A DNA stretch of 64,000 nt from an uncultured Chloroflexia bacterium (GTDB taxonomy: Bacteria; Chloroflexota; Dehalococcoidia; DSTF01; JALHUB01): positions 1,369,471-1,433,470 of the forward strand of contig OY970386.1 in assembly GCA_963719465.1 (NCBI GenBank), read 5' to 3'. The translations under genes and the position numbers were made by a program. The notes under the pieces are model-generated. The model was given only the letters and a program-made list of their open reading frames with translations. It searched no databases and was not told the origin of the DNA. Shown here in pieces: positions 9,446 through 19,079 of this stretch. How positions within the stretch are numbered: position 1 is the stretch's first letter; each line of letters begins with the position of its first letter.

Positions 9446-9732
9446 TGGTCGGCGTCTGCCACCTGACGCTGCGTCTGCCGGAGAACGCGTCGCTGAAAGG
9501 AAAACGGCAGGTCGTAAAGTCGCTCACGGCGCGCATTCGGAACCGCTACAACGTCTCCATCGCCGAGGTCGATAGCCAGGATAGCTGGCAGATCGCGTCC
9601 CTGGGCATAAGCTGCGTGTCGAACAGCCACAGCCACGCGCAGGAGGTGCTGACAAAGGTGGTCGGCTTCGTACAGAGCAGCCGGCTCGACGCCGAGGTCA
9701 TCGACTGGCAGATAGAGATGGTGCAGGCCTAG
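9442..9732 (+). CDS. DUF503 family protein
   Basis: 96 aa with the typical DUF503 pattern (LxLPxxxSLKxKRxVVKSL...NVSIAEVDxQDxWQ); translationally coupled to scpB. Confidence 0.7.
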   Translation: MMVGVCHLTLRLPENASLKGKRQVVKSLTARIRNRYNVSIAEVDSQDSWQIASLGISCVSNSHSHAQEVLTKVVGFVQSSRLDAEVIDWQIEMVQA

Positions 9733-9744
9733 CGGCGAAGTCGC

Positions 9745-11019
9745 TTATTTCATCAGCTCGCCGATCAGGTCGTAGGCCAGCGCTTCAACGATGCGGACAC
9801 GCTTCAGGTCGCCGGGAAGCGCCTCGCCCGGGCAGAGGACGAGCCCGTCGACCTCCGGGGCGTCGCGGAAGGAGCGTCCGGCGAATAGCTTCCGTTCGGC
9901 GTCATCGCGGCCGCCTTTCGACTCCACCAGCACCGTCACCTCCTTTCCAAGCCAGCGCCTGTTGACCGACAGGGCCGTTTCCTGGGCCACGCGCATCAGC
10001 TCGCGGTAGCGACGGCGCTTGACGCGCTCCGGCACCTGGTCGGGCATGCGCGCCGCGGCGGTGCCCTCCTGCGGCGAGAACATGAACGCGCCGACGTGGT
10101 CGAACTGCGTCTCGCGGACGAAGGCCAGCAGGCCGGCGAAGTCCTGGTCCGTCTCGCCGGGGAAGCCGACCATGAGCGTCGTGCGCAGGGCGACGTCGGG
10201 CATGGCCGAGCGGAGCCGTTCGAGAGTGCGAACGGTCTGCGCGAGGTCGTGGGGGCGTCGCATGCGGCGGAGGACGGCGGGACTGCTATGCTGGAGCGGG
10301 ATGTCGAGATAGTGGCAGACCTGCGGCGACTCGGCCAGCGTGTGGATTAGGCGGGGCGAGACGTGGCCGGGATAGGCGTACATGACGCGCAGCCAGACGG
10401 ACGGCAGGTCAGCGCTCAAGCGGTCGAGAAGGCGGGCGAGGCCGTCTTTCATCCCGAGGTCCTGACCGTAGGCGGTGCTGTCCTGGGCGACGAGCACGAG
10501 CTCCTTCGTTCCGGCGCCGGCCAGGCGCTGCGCCTCCTCGACGACGCAGTCGAGCGGCTCGCTGTGGAGACGCCCCTTGATCCTCGGAATCAGGCAGAAG
10601 GCGCAGCGGGCGTTGCAGCCATCGGCGATCTTGAGGTAGGCGCTGGGAGCGGCGGCGATTTCCGCTGCGACGAGGGACGGCGTGGATTTGTCGACAAGCT
10701 TCGCCACGTCTGACCAGGCTTCGACGCCGAAGATGCGGTCGATCTCCAGCACCTCGGCGAGGAGCTCTTTGTGGTACAGCTCCGGCAGGCAGCCGATGAC
10801 GACGAGCTTCTGGCCGCGCCGCTTCTTCGTCGCGAGCTTCAGGACGGTGTTGACGGACTCTTCTTTCGCCTGGTCGATGAAGCCGCAGGTGTTGACGATC
10901 AGCAGGTCAGCCCTGGCCGCGGTCTCCGGCGCCGCGCCCGCCTCCCGGAGCGTCCGCTCGAGCTTCCTGGAGTCGGCGACGTTCTTCGGGCAGCCGAGGG
11001 TGACGAGGAAGTAGGACAT
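9745..11019 (-). CDS. rimO: ribosomal protein S12 methylthiotransferase RimO
   Basis: 424 aa; MTTase N-terminal domain, radical-SAM CNARCAFC, C-terminal TRAM. Confidence 0.85.
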   Translation of the reverse strand: MSYFLVTLGCPKNVADSRKLERTLREAGAAPETAARADLLIVNTCGFIDQAKEESVNTVLKLATKKRRGQKLVVIGCLPELYHKELLAEVLEIDRIFGVEAWSDVAKLVDKSTPSLVAAEIAAAPSAYLKIADGCNARCAFCLIPRIKGRLHSEPLDCVVEEAQRLAGAGTKELVLVAQDSTAYGQDLGMKDGLARLLDRLSADLPSVWLRVMYAYPGHVSPRLIHTLAESPQVCHYLDIPLQHSSPAVLRRMRRPHDLAQTVRTLERLRSAMPDVALRTTLMVGFPGETDQDFAGLLAFVRETQFDHVGAFMFSPQEGTAAARMPDQVPERVKRRRYRELMRVAQETALSVNRRWLGKEVTVLVESKGGRDDAERKLFAGRSFRDAPEVDGLVLCPGEALPGDLKRVRIVEALAYDLIGELMK

Positions 11020-11045
11020 GCTTAGGCTCTGAGACGAGATGGCCG

Positions 11046-11792
11046 CTACCGAGGACCCTCGCTAAGGAGGAGGGTTATGGAGTCGCCCGCGTGAACGACG
11101 CTGTTCGGCGGCGGGTCCTGGTTGATGACCAGCCCGGCGGCGACCTTGTCGTCGTTGATGGAGACGATGACGAACTTCAGCCCCTGGCCGAGGATGGTGG
11201 AAAGGGCCTGCATTCCGGCGGTTCCGCGGAAGTCGGCGAGGGTCGTCGATTCGGTCGTGGCGGTCGTGGCGGTCGCATTCGCCTCGGCCTCGGCTGTGGG
11301 AGTGTCGTTGAGCGGCTCCGCGCCTTCGTTCTTCGCCTGCGTTGACTCAGCGACGACGCCCTGGGCGGTCGGTGAAGGCGTTCCGTTGCCGCCCGAGCCA
11401 ATCTTGTAGAGGAGGAAGCCGGCGAGGAGGAAAACGAGGATGACTCCGCCAGCGATGACCCAGTTTCGCGACACGGCCGGCGGCGGGGCCTTCGTCACCT
11501 GCGGCAAGGGCGCGAGATCGGCCGCCTGACGTCCGAGTTCGGGCTGGCGGCCAAGGACTTCGGAGGAATCGACGCCCAGGAACTGGGCGTAGGTCCTCAG
11601 GAAGGCGCGGCAGTAGACGGGGGCTGGAAGGGCGTCGAAATCGTCGTGCTCTAGGGCGTCGAGGTAGCGACGGGCAATCCGGGTCTCGCGTTCAACGTCA
11701 TCGAGGGTCAGGCCCCTGGCGATCCGCGCTTCTGAGAGGATCCTTCCAAGAGCTGCCAAGCGGGGGTCAGGTACCTGTTGCATAGTGGACAA
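11046..11792 (-). CDS. RodZ-like cytoskeletal protein (XRE-type HTH, one TM segment, C-terminal domain)
   Basis: N-terminal HTH (LTLDDVERETRIARRYLDALE), a TM segment, a Thr/Ala-rich linker and a DUF4115-like C-terminus. Confidence 0.65.
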   Translation of the reverse strand: MSTMQQVPDPRLAALGRILSEARIARGLTLDDVERETRIARRYLDALEHDDFDALPAPVYCRAFLRTYAQFLGVDSSEVLGRQPELGRQAADLAPLPQVTKAPPPAVSRNWVIAGGVILVFLLAGFLLYKIGSGGNGTPSPTAQGVVAESTQAKNEGAEPLNDTPTAEAEANATATTATTESTTLADFRGTAGMQALSTILGQGLKFVIVSINDDKVAAGLVINQDPPPNSVVHAGDSITLLLSEGPR

Positions 11793-12211
11793 TCGCGAGT
11801 CTAACCGCTCCTGATGTTAGGCTCAACCCGTGGGCTCTATCCATAATACCACGGAGGGCGCCGGTTGCGGGGAGCTCCGCCACTTCTCGTCGAAAACCCG
11901 GTGGCGAAGGGCTGGAGATGAGCTTGGCGGACGTGGCGAAGGCGCTGGATGACTGAAGAATCGACAAGAATAGCAGAAGACGGCCGGGGGAGCCTGGCCG
12001 CCTTCCGCCAATCCAGACCGCCTCTGGCACCCTCAAACCACAGACGGCTTTCAAATATTGGGTAGGAGGTTCGCCTGTATTGTCTCTCTCAGATGTTGTG
12101 CGCCTATAGCTGCCAAGTTAACAATCGGTAAAACGTGCAAAATCTGAACGACTTTCTTGACCCTCCTTTCCGGCCGCCCCTTGTGATTCAGCCGGCTCGG
12201 TTGATCGCCCT

Positions 12212-13238
12212 TGTAGGGTTTCAGGAGATGTGAGACAGAAGGGAGGTGAATAACGTCGGGCCTGGGCTGTAGGCTAACGGAAAACGAAGCCCAATAACCT
12301 ACAGGAGGCCCGACATGCACAAAGCTCGCACACCCTGGCCCATCCAGACAAGAGCCGCCTACATCGCTGCGTTCGAGGAGGCGCGTCGGCAGTATCCCAG
12401 GCTCAGCGCCCGCATCTTTTGCCAGGCGGGAGAGGTGCCCCATTCGACCTTCTCTCGCTGGTGGGCGGCCTGGCGACGCCACGACAGGAGAGCGCTATCA
12501 GACCGCTCCCGCAGGCCTCACCGCTCGCCTACGGCCCTTTCAGGGCATGTTCTAGACATCATCCGCGGCGCCCATCGTAAATTCGGCTTCGGAGTAAAGA
12601 GGCTCCACGCGTATCTGACAAAGGCCGGGCTGATTACCTGCAGCGTTTCCAGTGTCTACAGAGTTCTCCGTCGCGCCGGCGCCCTCCTTGCCTGTCCCCG
12701 TAAACCTAAGCGTCTCTGGCTGCACTACGCCAAAGCTTCCCCCGGTGATCGGGCTCAGATGGACCTGCTCTATCTGCCGGAGGGTCGCTACCAACTGACC
12801 CTGGTCGACGATTGCAGCCGCGTTCTTGCCGCAACGGTTCTTTCCAGGCGCACCTGCGCCGCTGTCTGCAAAGCCCTGCCGTGCCTCCTGGAGACCATCC
12901 CGTTCGCAATTCGCTGCCTCCAGACTGATAACGGCCCTGAATTCTCAGGCGACCTCACTGCCCTTCTGAGGCGAAGAGGCATTCGCCACGTCCGGATCAG
13001 ACCCAGGACGCCTCATCTCAATGGCAAGGTGGAGAGAGTGCAGAGGACGATGCGAGAGGAGTTCTGGGATGGCGTTCTGGCGGGAACGGTCTTGGAGTGG
13101 GAGAAGGGGTTGCAGGCGTATGTGCGCTTCTACAACAAGAAACGGCTGCACAGTGCTCTTGGCTACAGCGCGCCGCTCGTGTACGCTCAGGAGCGTCTAC
13201 CTCAGGCCCGGATCTACCACATCTCCTGAAACCCTACA
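12212..13238 (+). mobile_element. IS481-family insertion sequence, copy 1 (1027 bp)
   Basis: 21-bp terminal inverted repeats TGTAGGGTTTCAGGAGATGTG (12212-12232; reverse complement at 13218-13238), flanked by a 15-16 bp direct repeat TCGGTTGATCGCCCT(T) at 12197-12211 and 13239-13254. Confidence 0.9.
12315..13229 (+). CDS. IS481-family transposase (DDE integrase core)
   Basis: 304 aa; identical to the 41.3-kb copy through residue ~300 (the last residues differ after a 1-nt difference); N-terminal HTH plus an rve-like core. Confidence 0.9.
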   Translation: MHKARTPWPIQTRAAYIAAFEEARRQYPRLSARIFCQAGEVPHSTFSRWWAAWRRHDRRALSDRSRRPHRSPTALSGHVLDIIRGAHRKFGFGVKRLHAYLTKAGLITCSVSSVYRVLRRAGALLACPRKPKRLWLHYAKASPGDRAQMDLLYLPEGRYQLTLVDDCSRVLAATVLSRRTCAAVCKALPCLLETIPFAIRCLQTDNGPEFSGDLTALLRRRGIRHVRIRPRTPHLNGKVERVQRTMREEFWDGVLAGTVLEWEKGLQAYVRFYNKKRLHSALGYSAPLVYAQERLPQARIYHIS

Positions 13239-13374
13239 TCGGTTGATCGCCCTTATGACGCATGGTAAACTGCCAGCAAGCGGCAGAGGCTGTCTGCCGT
13301 TTTGCTCTCATTGAGCAGGTGGACTCAGCAATTGTTGGAAGGGACGCCGCAGCATCAGGAGCGACGAATCTGCG

Positions 13375-13452
13375 GTGGGCGTAGCCGAGCGGTTTAAGGC
13401 GCCAGGTTGTGGCCCTGGAGATCGAGGGTTCGAATCCCTCCGTCCACCCCAG
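13375..13452 (+). tRNA. tRNA-His (anticodon GTG)
   Basis: Hand-folded cloverleaf: extra G-1 pairs with discriminator C73 (a His hallmark), anticodon loop TTGTGGC, T-loop TTCGAAT, CCA encoded. Confidence 0.85.
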
Positions 13453-13484
13453 TCTAACTGGCCGCGCGGCCCTTCAGGAGCCTT

Positions 13485-14429
13485 ATGATATTCAAGGCAG
13501 ATTCTCCACCGAAGCGCCTTCGACTCATTCTATCGACCGCGTTCCTGGGCCTCGCGATTGCCGGGGCGCTCGTCTGCGTGGCTTGCGGAGGCGGCGGCGG
13601 CTCGAACAGCAAGGCCCAGGCCATCATTCAGAAGTTCATCGAAGCCAGCCAGAGCCCGGACACGCAGAGCCAGGTGGTGCTGGGCAAGGTCCCGGATGAT
13701 TTCCCGGCCAACGTGCCTGTCTATCCCGGCTCTAGCCTTCTCGGGTCCGTCGTCACCACCGGCAGCGGCGGCAGCTTGAAGGCGGACAGTGTGCTGCGTG
13801 AGACGAGTGATGCGGTCGGCGACGTGTACGCGTTCTACGAGCAGGCGTTCGATACGTCGCCGTGGCAGATTCAGGCGTCGACGTCGCCGGGCAAGGTCGC
13901 GGCAATCCAGTACGGGAACACCGATGATCCTAACCTGGCCGGCACGCTGGTGATACAACCGGAAAGCAGCGGCGGGTCGGTCATTTATGTGTCGATTCAG
14001 ATGGCTGCCACCGAGACGCCGACAGCCGAACCCTTCACGCCGGCCCCGAGCAAGCCGCTGCCGCACGGCTGGCCGTCGCAGATTCCCATCTATCCGAACG
14101 CCACCATCGCCGATACGGCCTGGTCGCGCTCGAGCGGCAGCATGCAGTGGCAGATCTCGCTTCTCGCTGTCACAACGTCAAAGGACATGATCCAGTACTA
14201 TCGAACGCAACTATCGAACGTAGGCTTCACGGTGACGAGCCAGCCGGACCAGAACGGCGTATCGACTGCCTCGTTCCAGAATACGCTGGTGTCACCGCCC
14301 TGGAGCGGGACGGTAACGACGCAGACGTTCGCTCAAGACCCAACGTACGCGCAGGCGGTGATTCAGTTGCAGATCGGCTCCGGGACGCCTCAGCCAACGT
14401 CGCAGCCGTCAGGTACGGCGACTCCGTAG
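13485..14429 (+). CDS. hypothetical lipoprotein with two tandem homologous ~110-aa domains
   Basis: Signal peptide with lipobox LVCVAC; the two halves share P..P.YP..., D.Y.FY/YY and GT.V.Q motifs; Thr/Ser/Gln-rich. Confidence 0.6.
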   Translation: MIFKADSPPKRLRLILSTAFLGLAIAGALVCVACGGGGGSNSKAQAIIQKFIEASQSPDTQSQVVLGKVPDDFPANVPVYPGSSLLGSVVTTGSGGSLKADSVLRETSDAVGDVYAFYEQAFDTSPWQIQASTSPGKVAAIQYGNTDDPNLAGTLVIQPESSGGSVIYVSIQMAATETPTAEPFTPAPSKPLPHGWPSQIPIYPNATIADTAWSRSSGSMQWQISLLAVTTSKDMIQYYRTQLSNVGFTVTSQPDQNGVSTASFQNTLVSPPWSGTVTTQTFAQDPTYAQAVIQLQIGSGTPQPTSQPSGTATP

Positions 14430-14534
14430 GTGTCGCGAGAAGTGGACCTTTGCCTCGGCGCGATTGCTGTGTCAACTCGGTTGTTGGTGAGGTCGCGCTG
14501 TGATAGACTGGCGGAGCCGTCAGGGATTGGGCTC

Positions 14535-14610
14535 GCGCCTGTAGCTCAGCGGAAAGAGCATCGGTCTTCGGAACCGAGGGTCGGGGGTTCGAATCCCTCC
14601 AGGCGCGCCA
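14535..14610 (+). tRNA. tRNA-Arg (anticodon TCG)
   Basis: Hand-folded: acceptor GCGCCTG/CAGGCGC, D-arm TAGCTCAGCGG, anticodon loop CTTCGGA, T-loop TTCGAAT, discriminator G, CCA encoded. Confidence 0.8.
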
Positions 14611-14712
14611 GCAGCGCCGACGGGATGCGGGGCGTTTCGCCTCGCCGATTCATGTTAAGAGCGCGCAACTCTATACTCTTAGGGTCTTCAGCCGTAGAAT
14701 TGGGCTAGTCAG

Positions 14713-15477
14713 ATGTCTCAACTGGAAATCAACGACCTGTCAATCCGTTTCGGCGGCGTAGTGGCGCTGGACGGCGTATCCTTCCACGTGGAGGAAGGCG
14801 AGATCATGGGGCTTATCGGGCCGAACGGTGCCGGCAAGACGACGCTCTTCAATTGCATCACGCGCGTGTACGACGCTGACGGGGGTTCCATTCGCTTCGA
14901 GGGGCAGGAACTGCTCAAGATGCCGGCTTACAAGATCATCCGCACCGGCATTTCCAGGACTTTCCAGAACCTGGCGCTCTTCCCGTCGATGACCGTGCTC
15001 GAGAACTTGCTGGTTGGCCAGCACGTTCTGATGAAGAGCACAGTGGTCGATTGTCTGTTCCGGCTGCCCCAGGTGATGCGGGAAGAGAAGTTCGCCTTCA
15101 AGAGAGCGGAAGACGTGCTGAAGGTGCTGGGGTTCGAGGGGCTGCGCGACGTGCCGGTTGCCGGCCTTCCCTTCGCGGTGCGGAAAAGGGTCGAGCTGGC
15201 ACGCGCGCTGGTCTCGCGTCCGCGCTTCGTTTTGCTGGACGAGCCGGCGAGCGGCCTGAGCCACGAGGAGATGCAGGCGCTGGGCCGGCTGATTCGTTCG
15301 ATTCGCAGCGACCTCGGCGTCACGATCTTGCTGGTTGAGCACCACATGCAGCTCGTGATGGACGTTTCCGACAGGGTCTGCGTGCTCGACTTCGGCAGGA
15401 AGATTGCTGAGGCAACGCCCGCGGAGGTCCAAAAGGACCCGGCCGTAATCCGAGCTTATCTAGGGGAAGAGCACTAG
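14713..15477 (+). CDS. livG: branched-chain amino acid ABC transporter ATP-binding protein (LivG-like)
   Basis: Walker A GPNGAGKTT, ABC signature, LivG-specific insert. Confidence 0.85.
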   Translation: MSQLEINDLSIRFGGVVALDGVSFHVEEGEIMGLIGPNGAGKTTLFNCITRVYDADGGSIRFEGQELLKMPAYKIIRTGISRTFQNLALFPSMTVLENLLVGQHVLMKSTVVDCLFRLPQVMREEKFAFKRAEDVLKVLGFEGLRDVPVAGLPFAVRKRVELARALVSRPRFVLLDEPASGLSHEEMQALGRLIRSIRSDLGVTILLVEHHMQLVMDVSDRVCVLDFGRKIAEATPAEVQKDPAVIRAYLGEEH

Positions 15478-16184
15478 TGCTTGTAATTCGCGATATCTAC
15501 ACGGCGTACGGACCAATCATGGCCCTGCGGGGCGTCTCGCTGGAGGTGCCGGAAGGGGCGATAATCACGATTCTGGGCGGCAACGGCGCTGGCAAGAGCA
15601 CGACTCTGCGGACGATCTCGGGGCTGGTGCACCCGGTCAAGGGGCAGATCGAGTTTCTGGGGAAGCGCATCGAGAAGCTTTCGCCGGAGAAGATCGTCCA
15701 GATCGGCATATCGCAGGTGCCGGAAGGCAGGCAGATCTTTCCCGAGCTCACAGTCATGGAGAACCTGCGTCTCGGTGCTTACATTCGTCGAGATGGTCGC
15801 GCGGTTCGACGCGATATCGACCGGGTCTTCGAGTATTTTCCAGTGCTCAAGGAGCGCCAGAAGCAGGAGGCCGGCACGCTTAGCGGCGGCGAGCAGCAGA
15901 TGGTGGCGATCGGTCGAGCGCTGATGGCCAAACCGCGCATATTGCTTCTCGACGAGCCATCGCTTGGCCTTGCGCCGCTGGTGGTGCAGCAGATCTTCGG
16001 CATTATCAAGACGCTCAACGAGAACGAGGGCATCACGATCCTCCTGGTCGAGCAGAACGCGGGTTCGGCGCTGAAGATCGCGAAGCACGGGTACGTGCTG
16101 GAGATCGGCAGGGTGGTTCTGGAAGACACGGGCGAGAATCTGCGTAAGGACGAGGCCGTCCGCCGCTCCTACTTGGGGTATTAG
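15477..16184 (+). CDS. livF: branched-chain amino acid ABC transporter ATP-binding protein (LivF-like)
   Basis: Walker A GGNGAGKST, LSGGEQQM signature; start overlaps the livG stop. Confidence 0.85.
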   Translation: MLVIRDIYTAYGPIMALRGVSLEVPEGAIITILGGNGAGKSTTLRTISGLVHPVKGQIEFLGKRIEKLSPEKIVQIGISQVPEGRQIFPELTVMENLRLGAYIRRDGRAVRRDIDRVFEYFPVLKERQKQEAGTLSGGEQQMVAIGRALMAKPRILLLDEPSLGLAPLVVQQIFGIIKTLNENEGITILLVEQNAGSALKIAKHGYVLEIGRVVLEDTGENLRKDEAVRRSYLGY

Positions 16185-16202
16185 CGGCTCAGCGGCCGCT
16201 CG

Positions 16203-16229
16203 ACGCCCGTTCGGGCGCTCCCTTTTTCC
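16203..16229 (+). terminator. intrinsic terminator candidate after livF (GC hairpin CGCCCG-tt-CGGGCG followed by a T5 run)
   Basis: Seen directly in the sequence; preceded by the palindrome AGCGGCCGCT. Confidence 0.45.
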
Positions 16230-16254
16230 TCGAAGTTGCTTGATGGGATGAAGC

Positions 16255-16836
16255 ATGCGAATTGCCGTCCAAGAGCCGTCTCTTGCTTTCGCGCCGACTC
16301 GCCGACGGCTGTTGGCGCAGGCGCTGCTCATCCTCACCGGCGTGGTGCTGCTTTCGCTCTCGGCGCAGATCCGCATCCCGCTTCCGTTCACGCCGGTACC
16401 GGTGACCGGCCAGACCTTCGCGGCGCTGCTTGCCGGCGGATTGCTGGGCAGTCGTGCCGGCTTCACAAGCGTCGCCTGCTACTGGCTGGTGGGCGCCTGC
16501 GGGCTGCCTGTCTTCAACGGCTGGAGCGGCGGCTGGACGGTGGTCAGCGGACCGACCGGCGGCTACATTCTCGGCTTTGCCGGAGCGGCGCTGCTGGTGG
16601 GCTGGTTCCGCGATCGCGGCTGGCGAAGCGGCAGGCGGCTCATCGTATCGCTGCTTCTCGGCGAGGCGGCCATCTACGCCTTCGGACTGACGTGGCTCGC
16701 CTTCTTCGTCGGGCCGCGGGCAGTGGTGGCGATGGGGCTGCTTCCCTTCATCCCGGGCGACTGCATGAAGATTGCCGCGGCGGGGTTCGTTCTGCCGGCC
16801 GCATCGTCGCTCCTGGAGCGCGCGCATCTCTATTGA
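16255..16836 (+). CDS. bioY: biotin transporter BioY
   Basis: 193 aa, 5-6 TM segments, conserved BioY motif IPLPFTPVPVTGQTFAALL. Confidence 0.8.
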   Translation: MRIAVQEPSLAFAPTRRRLLAQALLILTGVVLLSLSAQIRIPLPFTPVPVTGQTFAALLAGGLLGSRAGFTSVACYWLVGACGLPVFNGWSGGWTVVSGPTGGYILGFAGAALLVGWFRDRGWRSGRRLIVSLLLGEAAIYAFGLTWLAFFVGPRAVVAMGLLPFIPGDCMKIAAAGFVLPAASSLLERAHLY

Positions 16837-16921
16837 CCCGGGTGTTGGGCGGAATCGTGCACGTCCTCTGGCAGTTCAGCGGGCGGATGTGAGACGATAG
16901 CTTGAAGGAGCAGGCAGGGAT

Positions 16922-17629
16922 ATGTTTGCTTTGGTTCTGGCGGGAGGGAAAGGCGAACGACTCCGTCCCCTGACCGCGGACCGCCCCAAGCCGATGGTCC
17001 TCCTCAACGAGAAGCCTATCCTGCAGCATCACCTGGAGTGGCTTGCCGGAAACGGCGTCACGGATGCTATCCTGCTTTGCGGCTACAAGCACGAGGCTAT
17101 CCAGCGCCACTTCGGCGACGGGAGCGCCCTCGGACTGCGCATCTCTTACTCGATTGAGGACTCGCCGCTGGGTCGCGGCGGCGCCTTTCGACGTGGCTTC
17201 GAGCAGGTACCGGTGAGTGAGAAGACGGTGATCGGCACGAACGGCGACAATATCGTCGAGCAGCCGCTGGCGCCGCTTCTGCGACGACACCGCCGGACAG
17301 GCGCCGTCGCCACGGTCATGCTCGCGCCGTTGCGCAGCCCCTACGGAATCGTCAGGCTAACGCGCGGCAGCCGCATCGCGGGCTTCGATGAGAAGCCGCT
17401 GCTGCCGCACTGGGTGAACGCCGGCGTCTACGCGTTGGAGCGGGAGTTCTTCGCGATGCTGCCGCAGATCGGCGACCACGAGACGACGGTCTTTCCCCAG
17501 CTCGCGGCGCAGAAGAAGCTGTTCGGCTTCAAGAGCAGGGCTTACTGGAAGCCGATCGACAACGTGAAGGACGTGAACGAGGCCGCCTCACATCTTGCCG
17601 GGAAGGACGGGGACGAGAATGGCCAGTGA
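16922..17629 (+). CDS. sugar-phosphate nucleotidyltransferase (mannose-1-P guanylyltransferase/NTP-transferase family)
   Basis: N-terminal LAGGKGERLRPLT motif with an NTP_transferase fold pattern. Confidence 0.75.
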   Translation: MFALVLAGGKGERLRPLTADRPKPMVLLNEKPILQHHLEWLAGNGVTDAILLCGYKHEAIQRHFGDGSALGLRISYSIEDSPLGRGGAFRRGFEQVPVSEKTVIGTNGDNIVEQPLAPLLRRHRRTGAVATVMLAPLRSPYGIVRLTRGSRIAGFDEKPLLPHWVNAGVYALEREFFAMLPQIGDHETTVFPQLAAQKKLFGFKSRAYWKPIDNVKDVNEAASHLAGKDGDENGQ

Positions 17630-19079
17630 GATCAAGTTCGGAACGGATGGCTGGCGGGCGATCATCGGCGACGACTTCACTTTCGAGAACGTGCGCGTCT
17701 GCGCCCAGAGCGTAGCGCGCTTTCTCAAGCAGAGCGGCATGGCGTCGCGCGGGCTGATCGTCGGCTACGACACGCGATTCGCTTCGGAGGACTTCGCGGC
17801 TGCGGTCGCGGAGGTTATCGCCGGCAATGGGATCAAGGCGTTCCTCTGCGACCGCGCGACGCCAACGCCAACGGTTAGCTGGGCGGTGCTGGATAAGCAG
17901 GCGGGCGGCGCGGCGATGATCACCTCCAGCCACAATCCCTGGCGCTACAACGGCTTCAAGTACAAGCCCGAATACGCCGGCAGCGCTTCGCCGGAGGTGG
18001 TGGCGCAGCTCGAGGCGCCGCTGGCGGAGATACAGAGATCGGGCGACGTCAAGCGGATGCCGCTGGCGGAAGCGCAGGCGCAGGGGCTGGTCGAGCTGTT
18101 CGATCCGCGGCCGGCCTACATAGCGCAGCTGAAGAAGCTCATCGACCTGGAGCCGCTGCGGTCGGCCAACTTCACCGTCTGCGTCGACGCGATGTACGGC
18201 AGCGGCCAGGGGTATTTGCCGGAGCTGCTTTCCGGCGGCCGCCTGCGGGTGATCGAGCTGCACGGCGTACACAACCCGCTCTTCCCGGGGATCGGCGCGC
18301 CGGAGCCGATCGGACGCAACCTGACCGGGCTGATGGAAGCGGTGCGGCAGGAGAAGGCCGACGTGGGGCTGGCGGTCGACGGTGACGCCGACCGCTTCGG
18401 GCTGGTGGACGAGAACGGCGTCTACGTTGACCAGCTACAGGTCTTTGGGCTGCTGACCTACTACCTGCTGGAGGCGCGCGGCGAGCGCGGGCCGATCATC
18501 AAGTCGCTGACAACGACGCGAATGGTCATGCGCCTCGGTGAGCTGTACAACGTGCCGGTCTACGAGACGGCGGTCGGCTTCAAGTACCTGGGGCCGAAGA
18601 TGATCGAGACGAACGGGCTGATCGGCGGCGAGGAGAGCGGCGGCTACGCGTTCCGCGGCCACCTGCCTGAGCGCGACGGCGTCCTGGCGGCGCTGGCGAT
18701 GCTCGACTTCATGGTGCGCACCGGCAAGCGCCCGTCGGAGCTGCTAGCGGAGCTTTACCGGCGCGTCGGGCCGCACTATTACGACCGAGTTGACATAAGG
18801 ATGCCGGCCACGGAAAAGCAGTCGGTGCAGACGCGGGTTGCAGCCGCCCGTCCGGAGGCGATCGCCGGGGTGAAGGTGACCGGCCAGGACGACACCGACG
18901 GCTATCGCTTCAACCTGGATAACGGCGGCTGGCTGCTGCTGCGCTTCTCCGGCACGGAGCCGCTGCTGCGCATCTACACCGAGGTGCCGGACAAGGGGCT
19001 CGTTCGAGGCCTGCTGAAGGCGGGTCGGGAGCTGGCCGGCCTGCCGGAGCAGGAGGTCGGGTTGGATGCACTGTCTTGA
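17619..19079 (+). CDS. phosphomannomutase/phosphoglucomutase (alpha-D-phosphohexomutase)
   Basis: Active-site serine loop TSSHNP, GTDGWR N-terminus, DGDADR Mg-binding loop; likely start MASEIKFGTDGWR at 17619 (the track ORF begins earlier at 17595). Confidence 0.85.
   Translation: MASEIKFGTDGWRAIIGDDFTFENVRVCAQSVARFLKQSGMASRGLIVGYDTRFASEDFAAAVAEVIAGNGIKAFLCDRATPTPTVSWAVLDKQAGGAAMITSSHNPWRYNGFKYKPEYAGSASPEVVAQLEAPLAEIQRSGDVKRMPLAEAQAQGLVELFDPRPAYIAQLKKLIDLEPLRSANFTVCVDAMYGSGQGYLPELLSGGRLRVIELHGVHNPLFPGIGAPEPIGRNLTGLMEAVRQEKADVGLAVDGDADRFGLVDENGVYVDQLQVFGLLTYYLLEARGERGPIIKSLTTTRMVMRLGELYNVPVYETAVGFKYLGPKMIETNGLIGGEESGGYAFRGHLPERDGVLAALAMLDFMVRTGKRPSELLAELYRRVGPHYYDRVDIRMPATEKQSVQTRVAAARPEAIAGVKVTGQDDTDGYRFNLDNGGWLLLRFSGTEPLLRIYTEVPDKGLVRGLLKAGRELAGLPEQEVGLDALS

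Noticed and set aside
12051-12482. 143-aa minus-strand ORF overlapping the IS copy-1 transposase start (and its twin 42057-42545 +)
   Set aside because: Antisense to the transposase gene and to the IS end; no coding features.
13409-13699. ORFs overlapping tRNA-His (13409-13699) and tRNA-Arg (14430-14708)
   Set aside because: They run through the tRNA genes or the lipoprotein gene in the wrong frame; spurious.
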